From an uncultured Rhodospirillales bacterium (lineage in GTDB: Bacteria > Pseudomonadota > Alphaproteobacteria > RF32 > CAG-239), in contig CACWLK010000012.1 in assembly GCA_902761715.1 (NCBI GenBank), positions 17,389 to 81,388 on the forward strand: a stretch of DNA of 64,000 nt, written 5' to 3'. The translations under genes were made by a program, and so were the position numbers. This document shows, one piece after another, positions 30,172 to 40,727 of the stretch; within the stretch, counting starts at the first letter, position 1, and each line of letters starts with the position of its first letter. Below the pieces are notes generated by a model. That model had not been told where the DNA came from. It searched no databases and saw only the letters and a list, made by a program, of their open reading frames with translations.

Positions 30172-30356
30172 ACACCGTAGAAGGACATCAGGCTTGGGAG
30201 GTTTTATTAAAACTTTCCGAGCCTGACCTTGGGGTTGCGCTGACGGTGGCTGAGAATTTGGGATTAAAAAGTGAAATCATGACGGAGTTATTGTCTGTTG
30301 GCATACAAGGTATAAAGGCAGGAATGAATGATGAAGTAAAATTATTTAATTCATAA
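30048..30356 (+). CDS. -1 frameshift extension (gpT part of gpGT)
   Basis: A AAA AAC at 30048-30054; -1 frame open to TAA at 30356 (RIYARAKWHFGSGRNYCQGC...). Confidence 0.75.
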   Translation, partial: KKRIYARAKWHFGSGRNYCQGCGEEGINCPLYRCRYVETALNTVEGHQAWEVLLKLSEPDLGVALTVAENLGLKSEIMTELLSVGIQGIKAGMNDEVKLFNS

Positions 30357-30426
30357 ATATTCCTTGACTTTTTATGTATTTTTTTGCAATTTTTACTGTG
30401 GCTCTTTTTTAAGAAAGGACATATTA

Positions 30427-31035
30427 ATGCATGAAAATTATAATAATTTGATTAAAAAAGAAGAAATAAAATTTAGCAACAATATTGAAAAATGGCACAA
30501 AAGGCACGAATGTTGGAGTGAAGTTCAAAATTTAATTCAAAAAGAATTTAAGAAATTTGAGAAGTTAATAAACTCATCGACAATTCAAAAAATAAACAAA
30601 CTATATTCGCTAAAAACCGATCTAACTGTTCAATTATCTTTTGGTCAACTACCAGTTGGTAAAACATTAAATTCTAAAAAAGAAATAGAGATGGAAAAAG
30701 GATCAGCAATAGTTTACTCAAAAGGTATAGACGGAAAAATATGTTGTTTGATATATAACTGTTATTCCAATCAAATGACTCCTTGCAAGAAGTGGTTTAT
30801 ATATAAGATTTATTCCGACCCTTCTAAAATTTCTGAAAAAGAAATATATAAAGCATTAGAAGTTTTTCTTATGTGCACTAGGAATTCTTCTTGCACTCAA
30901 GAGATTTCATTTTTTGAAAAGATTAAATACTGGTACCACTCATCTTTTTATGATTGGTTTCTAAATATTTTTTCTTCCAAGACGTGTACTGCTATAGCAG
31001 AAAAAATATTTGAGATACTCTCTATAAAAAAATAG
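30427..31035 (+). CDS. Low-GC moron, hypothetical
   Basis: Very AT-rich, own TTGACT promoter-like sequence and downstream terminator (~31060-31091). Confidence 0.7.
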   Translation: MHENYNNLIKKEEIKFSNNIEKWHKRHECWSEVQNLIQKEFKKFEKLINSSTIQKINKLYSLKTDLTVQLSFGQLPVGKTLNSKKEIEMEKGSAIVYSKGIDGKICCLIYNCYSNQMTPCKKWFIYKIYSDPSKISEKEIYKALEVFLMCTRNSSCTQEISFFEKIKYWYHSSFYDWFLNIFSSKTCTAIAEKIFEILSIKK

Positions 31036-31105
31036 TGGACCACTAAAGTAATTAAATTATGCACCTCAACCGTTTGGTTGGGGTGTTTTTTTATGGAAAA
31101 AACGA

Positions 31106-33751
31106 ATGAATACAGCGAAAAAACTTTCAATCAGACTTGAAGCGGTGGGCGGCGACAAGGTCCGGCAAGAGTTCAAAAACATTGGCTCAGACGGACAGAA
31201 AGCCTTTCAGCGGATAACTCAGGTCATCACACCGGCAAACGATAACTTAAAGGTCTTGGACAACACAGCCAAGGCCTTTAATAATACCCTCAAACAGGCG
31301 GCATCGTTGGCCGGAGCATACCTCGGGTTGCGTGGGCTGACATCAGCATTCAAAGGAATTGTGCAGACAAACAAAGAGTTTGAAAGCCTGATCGGGTCAT
31401 TAAAAACAGTGACCGGCTCGGCCAAAGGTGCTCAAGAAGCCTTTTCAATGATCGAAAAGTTTGCGCTGGACACGCCGTATCAACTGGAAGAGATTATTGA
31501 GGCTTTTACCCGGTTAAAGGCGTTGGGTCTTGATGCCACATCTGAGGCCTTAACCTCATACGGAAATACCGCCTCGGCCTTTGGTAAAAACATCTTGGAT
31601 TTTGCAAGTGCCGTCTCTTCAGCGGTAATGCTGAACTTTAAGTCACTGAGAACCTTTGGTATTCAAACTCAGGTCGAGGGCGATAAAGTCCGGTTCACGT
31701 TTCAAGGGATAACGACCACCGTTGGCAAAAGTGCGCAAGAAATTGAGGCCTATCTTAAATCTATCGGCCTTGTGAACTTTGGTGGCGCGATGAAGGAACA
31801 GATGGACACGATGGGTGGTGCGATGTCCAACATCGAAGATGCTATCAGTAAATTGGTCCGCTCAGTTGGTGAAAACGGTCTGAATAAAGCCTTAAAAGAT
31901 ACATTTTCGCAGTTTAACGAGTTGCTTGACAGCTCTGATGGTGCGGCAAATGCCATTGGCCAAACCTTGGCAACCGCTGTAAACATAGCAAGTAAAGCGT
32001 TCTTTACATTGGCCAAATACATTGAACCGATCATCACACTCTTAACAGTCCGGTTGGGTGCAAGCCTGATCACAAAAGGAATTGACCTGTTAAAGGCAAG
32101 CGTTTATGCGCTGAATGTTGCGTTAATGGGGACCGGAACAGCCGGAGCCTCTGCCACACTCGGTCTTAAAATGATGTGGCAAGTTTCCAAGGTGGCCGCA
32201 GTTCAGATGTACGCAACAGCGGTGGCGGCAAAGGTTCTTGCCGGTGCAGTCGGACTTTTGAAAGGCATTATGGCTCTGCTTGGTGGCCCGGCCGGGCTTG
32301 TCATGTTGGTTGTTTATGGCCTGTATAAGTTAATAGACAGTCATAACGTGGCAAAACGAGCGGCTAAGGATCACGCTGACACCCTAGCAAAACTTAAGGA
32401 ACAGATGGCCGAAACGGTCAAGGAAACAACTAACCTTGTGAATGCACAGACCAAAAATCAAGCCATTGCCGAATGGTCATATAAGCTAAAGGTGGCCGAA
32501 AAGAACATCAAGGATTTGGAAGAAGAGCTGAAGGACACCGGAGGTATTTCGTTTTTTCAACGCCATGCCCCGAACATGTTCCTGAAAGAATACCAAATTT
32601 TTGCAAATGACTTGGCCGAGATCCTTTCGGAATCAAAGTATAATTTAGAGGAATACCAAAAGGAAGTTTGGCGGTTGGCCGCCGAATATCCGGACTTTGC
32701 ACCACAGGCCAAGGAAATCCAAGAAAAGTTCCTGCTCTTAAAGGCGGCAAGGATTGATGCACAAAAGGCTCGTGATGAGTTAAAATATATTGAGAACCCG
32801 GAACTGAGGCCAAAAGAAGAAAAACAGGAAGTCATAAAACCGCCTGTTCTGCCAAAAACTGACACATCAGCTTACGAAAAGACCATTGAGGACATCAAAC
32901 AAAAGGCCTTTGAATTGCAGGATCCTTATGATCAGGCCATGCAAAAAGCGGCCAAATGGCGTGATGATGCGCTTAAAAACCTGGATAAAACCAAGGCCGG
33001 TTATGAAGATTTCAAAAATGATGTGAACCGAGTTTATGATGATATGGTCAAAAAAGCCGGTGAAGCCGCTCTTCAAAGTTCAAAGGACTGGAAAGACGGC
33101 GTAACCCGAGGAATGAAAAGCGTTTATGAAGATGCCTCGGATATGGCTTCAATGACCGAAAACATGGTCAAGAACTCTTTCAAATCAATGGAAGATACGC
33201 TGACAAACTTCGTCATGACCGGTAAAGCGAACTTTGGAGACTTTGTTAACTCAGTTGTCGAAGGAATGGTCCGAATGGCCATGCAGTACGCTGTGATCAA
33301 GCCGATCATGGGCGGTGTCATGGGTTATTTTGGCATTCCGACAGCGCATACAGGAGGTGTCATTGGTACGGATACTTTATCTACTAAGGCTGTTAGTCCA
33401 AGTGTTTTTGAAAATGCTCCCCGTTTTCATACCGGGGGTTTGGTCGGTGGCGAGATCCCGATTATCGCGAAAAAAGGCGAAACGGTATTCACGCCGGGAC
33501 AGATGAAGGCACTGGGCGCAGAGTTAAATTCAAAACCGCCGGTTTACGTCAATGTAAATGTGGTCAATAAGGCCTCAGGCACAAGGACAACGGCAAACCC
33601 GACACGAGACATGAACGGTAATGTCAATCTGGACATCATCGTTGAGCAGATCGAGGGTGCAATTGGTAAAAACATCAGTAAAGGTGAAGGTTTATCGCCG
33701 ATCCTTGAACAAAGGTATGCGTTAAACCCGGCCTATGGGAGTTATAGATGA
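31106..33751 (+). CDS. Tail tape measure protein
   Basis: 881-aa Ala-rich helical protein; TPYQL tape-measure domain; C-terminal FHTGG. Confidence 0.9.
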   Translation: MNTAKKLSIRLEAVGGDKVRQEFKNIGSDGQKAFQRITQVITPANDNLKVLDNTAKAFNNTLKQAASLAGAYLGLRGLTSAFKGIVQTNKEFESLIGSLKTVTGSAKGAQEAFSMIEKFALDTPYQLEEIIEAFTRLKALGLDATSEALTSYGNTASAFGKNILDFASAVSSAVMLNFKSLRTFGIQTQVEGDKVRFTFQGITTTVGKSAQEIEAYLKSIGLVNFGGAMKEQMDTMGGAMSNIEDAISKLVRSVGENGLNKALKDTFSQFNELLDSSDGAANAIGQTLATAVNIASKAFFTLAKYIEPIITLLTVRLGASLITKGIDLLKASVYALNVALMGTGTAGASATLGLKMMWQVSKVAAVQMYATAVAAKVLAGAVGLLKGIMALLGGPAGLVMLVVYGLYKLIDSHNVAKRAAKDHADTLAKLKEQMAETVKETTNLVNAQTKNQAIAEWSYKLKVAEKNIKDLEEELKDTGGISFFQRHAPNMFLKEYQIFANDLAEILSESKYNLEEYQKEVWRLAAEYPDFAPQAKEIQEKFLLLKAARIDAQKARDELKYIENPELRPKEEKQEVIKPPVLPKTDTSAYEKTIEDIKQKAFELQDPYDQAMQKAAKWRDDALKNLDKTKAGYEDFKNDVNRVYDDMVKKAGEAALQSSKDWKDGVTRGMKSVYEDASDMASMTENMVKNSFKSMEDTLTNFVMTGKANFGDFVNSVVEGMVRMAMQYAVIKPIMGGVMGYFGIPTAHTGGVIGTDTLSTKAVSPSVFENAPRFHTGGLVGGEIPIIAKKGETVFTPGQMKALGAELNSKPPVYVNVNVVNKASGTRTTANPTRDMNGNVNLDIIVEQIEGAIGKNISKGEGLSPILEQRYALNPAYGSYR

Positions 33752-34230
33752 CAGTAATTTTTCCGGAAAAACTACCTTATCCGACCACAGAGGGTTATGC
33801 AATCAAACCCGGTGAAGCAATTGTGCGAACCGATATGGAGGCAGGACCGGCAAGGCAAAGGCGGCGTTACGAACAAACGCCGTCTAAAATTTCTGTGCGC
33901 TGGGTGATGAACCGAGAACAATTCTCGCTCTTTGAAGCCTGGTACAAATACTACGCAAAAGAAGGTGCTGAATGGTTTGTTGTTACACTTTTGGGCGGCC
34001 TCGGGTTATTAAAACAAGAAGCCAGGTTTACTCAACAGTTCGAAGCAAAACTTATGAATGGATACCTCTGGGAAATCACATCGGAACTTGAAGTGCGTGA
34101 TCGACCGACACTTTCGGACGGTGCGTTGGCAATTTTACTAGAAAATGACTTTGATAGGCTTTCAACTGCGGTTAATCATCTGCACTATTTCGTTCATACG
34201 GAATGCCCGCAATATATTGAGGATTTATAA
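33748..34230 (+). CDS. Distal tail protein (gpM-like)
   Basis: RTDMEAGPARQRRR motif. Confidence 0.75.
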   Translation: MTVIFPEKLPYPTTEGYAIKPGEAIVRTDMEAGPARQRRRYEQTPSKISVRWVMNREQFSLFEAWYKYYAKEGAEWFVVTLLGGLGLLKQEARFTQQFEAKLMNGYLWEITSELEVRDRPTLSDGALAILLENDFDRLSTAVNHLHYFVHTECPQYIEDL

Positions 34231-34232
34231 AA

Positions 34233-35042
34233 ATGGCAAATATGGAAGAAAGATTACAAGCTGTTGTTTCGCAGGCTGAAACAGACGGCGCAAAATGGCA
34301 TACAATAATTCATGGTAATAATACAACAACTGTCCCTACAGAAAACGGCAATGTTCCAACTGTGGCCAAACAAATGAAAGATGTGCATGATGAGGTTGTT
34401 AATGGCGTTATTGATTATATGACCGAGTGTCAGACGGCGCGTGATGTTGCCATTCAAACAAAAAATGAAACAATCGCTGTTAAAAACGAAACTAACACAA
34501 TTAAAGGTGATGTCACTACGCTGAGGAATGAGACCGAAAGTCTTAAAAATCAGTCGCAAACGGTATTTAATAATATCGCAACAGCAACAAACTCGGCTGT
34601 TCAGACCGTTCAGATTGAGGGAGCGACCCAGGTTACGAATGTCCAAAGTGCGGTGGCAGAACAAGTGGCCGAAGCAACCAGTCAGGCAAATCGTGCTGAA
34701 CAAGCAACTTCGACAAAGGTAAATACTGATTTATCAAACATTACTAAGGACACTATTTTTACTAAGATGTTTACGAAATATGTAAGCGGCAAAACATGGT
34801 ACAGAGTTTGGCCGGACGGTTGGATTGAGCAAGGTGGCGAAGTTAGTGCATCGGGTCAAATTACCGTTACATTTCCAAAGGCGTTCTCAAATACAAATTA
34901 CACAGTTGTAGCCACAAGTATTGGAACAAACGGTGAAATTTACGCGCAATGCATACAGCGTACTTCGGCATCACAAATGACCATTTATAATCGCGGTGGC
35001 AGTGCAAGTCTTGCAAAGTCCTGGTATGCGTGCGGTTACTAG
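34233..35042 (+). CDS. Tail fibre 1
   Basis: Shared N-terminal anchor; C-terminal WYRVWPDGWIEQGG..FPKAF fibre-tip domain. Confidence 0.75.
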   Translation: MANMEERLQAVVSQAETDGAKWHTIIHGNNTTTVPTENGNVPTVAKQMKDVHDEVVNGVIDYMTECQTARDVAIQTKNETIAVKNETNTIKGDVTTLRNETESLKNQSQTVFNNIATATNSAVQTVQIEGATQVTNVQSAVAEQVAEATSQANRAEQATSTKVNTDLSNITKDTIFTKMFTKYVSGKTWYRVWPDGWIEQGGEVSASGQITVTFPKAFSNTNYTVVATSIGTNGEIYAQCIQRTSASQMTIYNRGGSASLAKSWYACGY

Positions 35043-35054
35043 GAGATACTTCAA

Positions 35055-35861
35055 ATGAACATGGAAGAAAGATTGCAGGCTGTTGTTTCTCAGGCTGAAA
35101 TGGACGGCGTTAAATGGCATACAATAATTCATGGTAATAATACAACAACTGTACCGACCGAAAACGGGAATGTTCCTACGGTAGCCAAGCAATTGAAAGA
35201 TGTGCACGATGAAGTTGTAAATGGTGTTGTAGATTATTTGGCCGAGTGCAGAAACGCTCGTGATGTTACAATCCAAACAAAGGCCGATACACTTGCTATT
35301 AAAGAGCAAACAAATGGATTAAAATCTGATGTTATAGGGTTAAAGAATGATACAGAGGCCTTAAAAAATCAGTCTCAAACCATTTTTAACAGCATTTCGA
35401 CCGCTACAACAAACTCTATTAGCACTATTCGAGCGGAAGGTACAACCCAAGTGACCAATGTGCAAAATGCTGTAGCTGAACAAGTAGCTGAGGCTACAAG
35501 TCAAGCAAACCGAGCTGAAGCCGCAACAAGTTCGAAAGCAAACTTGGATTTTTCAAATATTGCACCTACTGCGGCGGCCAAAACAGGAATTATCGGTTGG
35601 ATTGCCCCGGATTGGTCCCGGCGACAAGTCCTTTCTCTTAATACAGATGTGACTATTACGAAGTATGGGTGGGTTATTATGCGAAATGTTGTCTATAACA
35701 GTTCACTTTTGGGTTACATAAACGGCTATGAAGTATTCCACCAATACGGAAACTACGGACACTGGGAAGAATATAACAGTTTTTCATTCCTGGTCAGTCC
35801 GGGCGATGTTGTAAAACTAACAGGCGGAGAATTAACCTTTATGCCTTGCAAAGGAGTATAA
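35055..35861 (+). CDS. Tail fibre 2
   Basis: N-terminal ~160 aa paralogous to fibre 1; different tip (PDWS...VSPGD). Confidence 0.75.
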   Translation: MNMEERLQAVVSQAEMDGVKWHTIIHGNNTTTVPTENGNVPTVAKQLKDVHDEVVNGVVDYLAECRNARDVTIQTKADTLAIKEQTNGLKSDVIGLKNDTEALKNQSQTIFNSISTATTNSISTIRAEGTTQVTNVQNAVAEQVAEATSQANRAEAATSSKANLDFSNIAPTAAAKTGIIGWIAPDWSRRQVLSLNTDVTITKYGWVIMRNVVYNSSLLGYINGYEVFHQYGNYGHWEEYNSFSFLVSPGDVVKLTGGELTFMPCKGV

Positions 35862-35862
35862 T

Positions 35863-37281
35863 ATGCCAAATTTAGAAGAAAGATTGCAGGCTGTTGTTTC
35901 TCAATCGGAAACCGACAGTTCAAAGTGGCACACAATAGTTCATGGGGATGATACAACAACTGTACCGACCGAAAATGGAAATGTGCCGTCTGTCGCAAAA
36001 CAGCTAAAGGACGTGCGGGCCGAAATAATAAACGGTCTAGAGGATTATGTCGGTGACTGTCGCCAGGCAAAGGCTGACACATTGCAAATAAAATCCGAAA
36101 CACAAATTATTAAAAATGAAACCAATACTTTAAAAGGGCAAACAAAAACTCTTAGAGATGAAGCGGAAACATTTAAGGATCTGTCGCAAACAACATACAA
36201 CAGTATTGCTAGTGCAACGGCCGCCTCAATATCACAGGTTCAGTCGGAAGGAGCTGTTCAGGTTGCACTTGCCACAGCCCAAGCAGAAAGAGCTTTAGCC
36301 TATGCACAAAATGCGGCTCCGACACCGCTCGGCACAAAGCTGACAGTCCCAGCAAGTTCAAAAGTTCCAGACGGATATGAGCCGGTTTGGTATAAAAACA
36401 CGATAACAAGAGCTCGTTACCCGGACTTTTTTACTCAACTGGTAGATACAAATAGCCTAGTTTTGGTTGATGAGGAAACCTATGATAGCCAAGTAGCAAC
36501 ATATGGGATGTGCGCCAGTTATGTAAAAGTCGATAATAATACACTTATTTTGCCATTGTTGGTAAACTTTGCACGTGGCGGCACCCTGAATCAATTAGGA
36601 AATGTCGAGTTAGACCAGTTCCAAGGTCACTGGCATGAAATGGTCTATCGTCAAGATGCAACATCGTCCGGATATAGATCTGACATTTTTGGGACGGATG
36701 GTTTTACAGCGAGTGGCTATTCCAATACCGGTGGTACCGATGAATGGATGCAACGTCTTGGTAATCGTACAAGTGATGCCCTTTGTGCAATCACTCCAAT
36801 AACAGATTATTCAAACGGTACACCGCGAACTGGTTCAGAAACACGCCCCAAAGCATATTATGAGCTGACATACATTAAATGCGCTGATGTTACGCGTACG
36901 CTTACTGTTGAAGAAACATCAGAACTTAGAAATTTAGTTATTCTTTTGCAACAAAAACTCGAAGAAGCTGAGAATAGAATAGTTTGCTCAAAAACTCCTA
37001 CGACATGGGTTGAAAAAGATACTAAGACAGGCCTGATAAAACAGGGTGGAAAAGTTACGATTGCAACAAGCGGAACAGTTACATTCCCTGAGCCTTTTCC
37101 AAATACTGCCATCAGTGTTATCGTAACCCCGAGTGAAGTACCGACAAATTCGACGAGTGACAACAATTATGTGGCCTGCGCAGTAAGTGTCACTAAATCT
37201 ACTTTTATAATAAAATATTACGATTCTGATAACACCAGCGGGCGAACTGGCGTTATTTCATGGTCAGCAGTTGGATATTGA
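35863..37281 (+). CDS. Tail fibre 3
   Basis: Shared anchor; collar-like region (RYPDFF, DQFQGHWH, ETRPK) and LIKQGG..FPEPF tip. Confidence 0.78.
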   Translation: MPNLEERLQAVVSQSETDSSKWHTIVHGDDTTTVPTENGNVPSVAKQLKDVRAEIINGLEDYVGDCRQAKADTLQIKSETQIIKNETNTLKGQTKTLRDEAETFKDLSQTTYNSIASATAASISQVQSEGAVQVALATAQAERALAYAQNAAPTPLGTKLTVPASSKVPDGYEPVWYKNTITRARYPDFFTQLVDTNSLVLVDEETYDSQVATYGMCASYVKVDNNTLILPLLVNFARGGTLNQLGNVELDQFQGHWHEMVYRQDATSSGYRSDIFGTDGFTASGYSNTGGTDEWMQRLGNRTSDALCAITPITDYSNGTPRTGSETRPKAYYELTYIKCADVTRTLTVEETSELRNLVILLQQKLEEAENRIVCSKTPTTWVEKDTKTGLIKQGGKVTIATSGTVTFPEPFPNTAISVIVTPSEVPTNSTSDNNYVACAVSVTKSTFIIKYYDSDNTSGRTGVISWSAVGY

Positions 37282-37292
37282 AAGGAGAAACA

Positions 37293-37835
37293 ATGACCGA
37301 TAACACGCTTTCAGAAGCACTAAAGGAAGCCTATGCTTCGGCTCCGAGTGATGTGATTTTGCTCCATACCTTGGAACTTCGGCATCCATCTTTTGTTGAT
37401 GAACAAGGAAATCAGACCGCTATTCGCGTAGTCCGAGATCACGTCAGTCATATATGTACGCTTGAAAACTCGGCTCCGCTTAATCCGGGAGAAGCTGTGG
37501 AGTTTGTTGCCATGGCCTTTGATTTGGAATTGCCACCGGTCAACAACACGCCGACACCTGAGATTTCGGTCACGATCGACAACGTTTCAACTGAGATGAT
37601 CACTTATCTTGATCGAGCGATTGAAACACAAGACATGATTGAGCTGACATACCGCCCATATCTGTCTGACGACCTGACAACGCCACAGATGGATCCGCCG
37701 ATAACCTTGGTTATTACTGATATTCATGTGGACTGCTATAAAATAACTGCTACGGCCCGTATGATGGACATCGGAAATAAGTCGTTTCCGAGTGAAAACT
37801 ATACCGTTAAAAACTATCCGGGATTAACACGATGA
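37293..37835 (+). CDS. Tail tip protein (DUF1833/gpL-like)
   Basis: HTLELRHP, IDNVS, TYRPYLS motifs. Confidence 0.8.
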   Translation: MTDNTLSEALKEAYASAPSDVILLHTLELRHPSFVDEQGNQTAIRVVRDHVSHICTLENSAPLNPGEAVEFVAMAFDLELPPVNNTPTPEISVTIDNVSTEMITYLDRAIETQDMIELTYRPYLSDDLTTPQMDPPITLVITDIHVDCYKITATARMMDIGNKSFPSENYTVKNYPGLTR

Positions 37836-38236
37836 CACATTTTGCTTGTAAATATATAGGCTTGCCCTGGGTTGCCGGTGCGCAAGGCCCTGATGAATTT
37901 GACTGTTGGGGAATGGTGCGCTGGATCCTGAAGCACGAATACGGCATAGATGTGCCGGCAGTCAATGTTAATCCGAATAATCTCCGGAGCGTTTTGATCG
38001 CATTCAAAAAGGATCCTGCTTTCCGAGCGTTTAATGAAGTTGAGAAACCGCAAGACGGTGATGTTGTTCTGCTTCGGCAGTCAAAACATCCGGTTCATGC
38101 CGGCTTATGGTTAGATGCTGACGGCGGTGGTGTTTTACATTGTTGCCGCGATGCCGGAGTTATATTTCAAGACTTACCATCAATGCGCCTGTGCGGGTGG
38201 CAAATAGATAGCTATTATCGAGTAAAAGGAAAATAA
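37832..38236 (+). CDS. NlpC/P60 tail tip protein (gpK-like)
   Basis: FDCWG, HAGLW, VLHC. Confidence 0.85.
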   Translation: MTHFACKYIGLPWVAGAQGPDEFDCWGMVRWILKHEYGIDVPAVNVNPNNLRSVLIAFKKDPAFRAFNEVEKPQDGDVVLLRQSKHPVHAGLWLDADGGGVLHCCRDAGVIFQDLPSMRLCGWQIDSYYRVKGK

Positions 38237-40471
38237 ATGATTTACTTTTCACACATTACAAACCCTTTTCAGCCGAATAAGGGTCGGATAGACAATGTCC
38301 TTGATGACGGCAAAACCGTTTGGGACATGGTCCGGGAACAGAAAGTGGACCTTTCGCGCCCGACAATATGTATGATGGATGGTGCCGCAGTCCTCAGGAA
38401 GTTTTGGAACGATACCGTTCAGCCGAAATCCTTGGTCTGCTTCATCACTTTGCCACAAGGCGGTGGCGGCAAAAAGTCATCAAATCCGATTCAAGTTGTT
38501 TTGATGGTGGCCGTTGTGGTTGCTTCTGTTTATACCGGCGGTGCTGTAGGAGCGGCTTATGGTGCTGTATGGGGTGGCGTTGCGGCGGCCGGTGTCTCTA
38601 TGGCCGGGAGCTTTTTGGTTAATACATTTGTTCCCACCCCAAGGGCATCGCTTAATGGGTCCGGCTCGGCCAACTCCATATCGGCACAAAGTCCGACTTA
38701 CTCTTTACAAGCTCAGGGAAACCAAGCAAGGCTCGGTAGTCCGATACCGGTCATTTACGGGCGACACCTGATTTATCCTGATTTTGCCAGTCAGCCTTAC
38801 TATGCGTATGCGAACGATGAACAGTATGTTTATCAGCTCCATTGCATTGGTCAAGGTGAATATAACATCGAACAAATAAGAATTGAAGATACTCCAATTG
38901 ATTCATTCGAAGAGATTACTTATCAAATAATCAATCCGGGCGAGCACAATACATTGTTTCGTGATGATGTTGTGACTTCGCCTGAAGTTGCCGGGCAGGA
39001 ACTGCTAAAAGATGAAGTATGTGGACCTTTTGTATTAAATCCGACCGAAAGTGTTATCGATAAAATAGAGATTGATGTAGCTTTTCAAAGAGGCCTTTAT
39101 TATGCAAACAACAACGGAGGCATGGACAATAAAACCATTCAATGGCGCATTGATGCAAGGCTAATTGACGATGAGGATTTACCCCTTGGTGATTGGTTTA
39201 CACTAGGTAGCGAATCATTTACATCAAATAACCACAATAGCATGTTCCGCACTTACTCATATACTGTCGCAAGCGGAAGATATGAGGTTCGCGCCGTTCG
39301 TTTAGATGTAAAAGACACATCTTCACGTGCCGGACATGAAATTAGATGGGCTTCGGCAAAAGGCTTTATTGTATCAAACCCGAGTTACGGCGACGTAACC
39401 TTGATCGCCATTAAGATGAAAGCCACAAACAACCTGTCACAACGCTCAAGCCGAATGCTTAACTGCATTGTCACAAGGAAATTGCCGACCTGGTCGCCAT
39501 CAGGTGGTTGGACCGGCAGAGTGCCGACACGCTCTATCGCCTGGGCAATAGCAGATATCTTAAAGGCCAACTATGGTGCAAGGCTGACCGATAAGTCCAT
39601 AGATCTTGAAGGTTTATACCGGCTGGATCAGATTTGGGCCGCACGCGGTGATACTTTTAATGCCGTCTTTGATTCCAAACTGACGGTTTATGATGCCTTG
39701 TCGCGAACCTGCAAAGTCGGACGTTCCGTTCCCTACATTCAAGGAGGGATTGTTCGCTTTGTCCGGGACGAGCCAAAATCAATACCGGTTGCATTGTTCG
39801 GGCCAAGAAACATCGTCAAAAACAGCCTGACAATTCAATACATCATGCCGTCTGAAGATACAGCAGACAGCGTTTGTGTTCAGTATTTTTCGGACAGGAC
39901 TTGGAAGAACTCGGAGATAACCGGCAGTTTTGAAGGCTCCACTTCAGATAAGACGGCAACTGTTGAGCTTTTCGGTTGTACCGATAAAAACCAAGCTCTC
40001 CGGGAGGCCATCTATATGGCGTTGGCAAACCGATATCGCCGGCGCATTGTGACATTTTCAACCGAACTGGAAGGTCTGATTCCGAGCTATGGGGATTTGA
40101 TTTCCATCACTCATGATATGCCGCATTGGGGTTCAGGCGGTGAAATACTGTCAAAAAATGACATGACTTTAACGCTATCAGAGCCGGTTGAGTTTACCGA
40201 GGGCCAAAATCACTACTTGGCTTTAAGAACTCGAACCGGGAGCCTGTCCGGACCATACCGGGTAACAGCCGGATCACTGCCCAATGAGGTTATCCTGCAA
40301 GAAACGCCGGACATTGAAATTGAGACCGGCACGAATTCAGAACGAACACATTTTGCCTTTGGAACTCAAGATAAATGGGGAACTTTGGCACGCGTTACCG
40401 GGATTAAACCGCGTTCCGGCAAGGTTGAAATCACAGCGGCAATTGAGGACTCAAGAGTTCACACCAACTAA
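38237..40471 (+). CDS. Central tail fibre/host specificity protein (gpI+gpJ-like)
   Basis: NQARLG.PIPVIYG, TRSIAWA motifs; position. Confidence 0.85.
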   Translation: MIYFSHITNPFQPNKGRIDNVLDDGKTVWDMVREQKVDLSRPTICMMDGAAVLRKFWNDTVQPKSLVCFITLPQGGGGKKSSNPIQVVLMVAVVVASVYTGGAVGAAYGAVWGGVAAAGVSMAGSFLVNTFVPTPRASLNGSGSANSISAQSPTYSLQAQGNQARLGSPIPVIYGRHLIYPDFASQPYYAYANDEQYVYQLHCIGQGEYNIEQIRIEDTPIDSFEEITYQIINPGEHNTLFRDDVVTSPEVAGQELLKDEVCGPFVLNPTESVIDKIEIDVAFQRGLYYANNNGGMDNKTIQWRIDARLIDDEDLPLGDWFTLGSESFTSNNHNSMFRTYSYTVASGRYEVRAVRLDVKDTSSRAGHEIRWASAKGFIVSNPSYGDVTLIAIKMKATNNLSQRSSRMLNCIVTRKLPTWSPSGGWTGRVPTRSIAWAIADILKANYGARLTDKSIDLEGLYRLDQIWAARGDTFNAVFDSKLTVYDALSRTCKVGRSVPYIQGGIVRFVRDEPKSIPVALFGPRNIVKNSLTIQYIMPSEDTADSVCVQYFSDRTWKNSEITGSFEGSTSDKTATVELFGCTDKNQALREAIYMALANRYRRRIVTFSTELEGLIPSYGDLISITHDMPHWGSGGEILSKNDMTLTLSEPVEFTEGQNHYLALRTRTGSLSGPYRVTAGSLPNEVILQETPDIEIETGTNSERTHFAFGTQDKWGTLARVTGIKPRSGKVEITAAIEDSRVHTN

Positions 40472-40484
40472 GAAAGGACAAACC

Positions 40485-40727
40485 ATGGATTGGATTCAAT
40501 TTTTACAGATCATCTGCGTACCGGCCTTTGGCTGGTTTTTTTATAAACTCGGGGAGCAACGCAAGGAGATTAAAACCCTCGAGCGTGACCTCAACGAGTT
40601 CAAAGTTGCGGTGGCCAAGGAGTATGCCACTCAGGTTAACATCAATCGCCTGGAGACAAAGATTGATGAATTACATCAGCTTTTATGGGAGATGCACAAT
40701 GAACACACCACGCGGCATAAGAAATAA
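40485..40727 (+). CDS. Small membrane protein (holin/antiholin-like)
   Basis: N-terminal TM plus coiled coil; start of the lysis cassette. Confidence 0.55.
   Translation: MDWIQFLQIICVPAFGWFFYKLGEQRKEIKTLERDLNEFKVAVAKEYATQVNINRLETKIDELHQLLWEMHNEHTTRHKK

Noticed and set aside
34233-37281. DGR or shufflon acting on the tail fibres
   Set aside because: No reverse transcriptase or TR/VR pair; all genes are co-oriented and I saw no copies of the invertase IR there.
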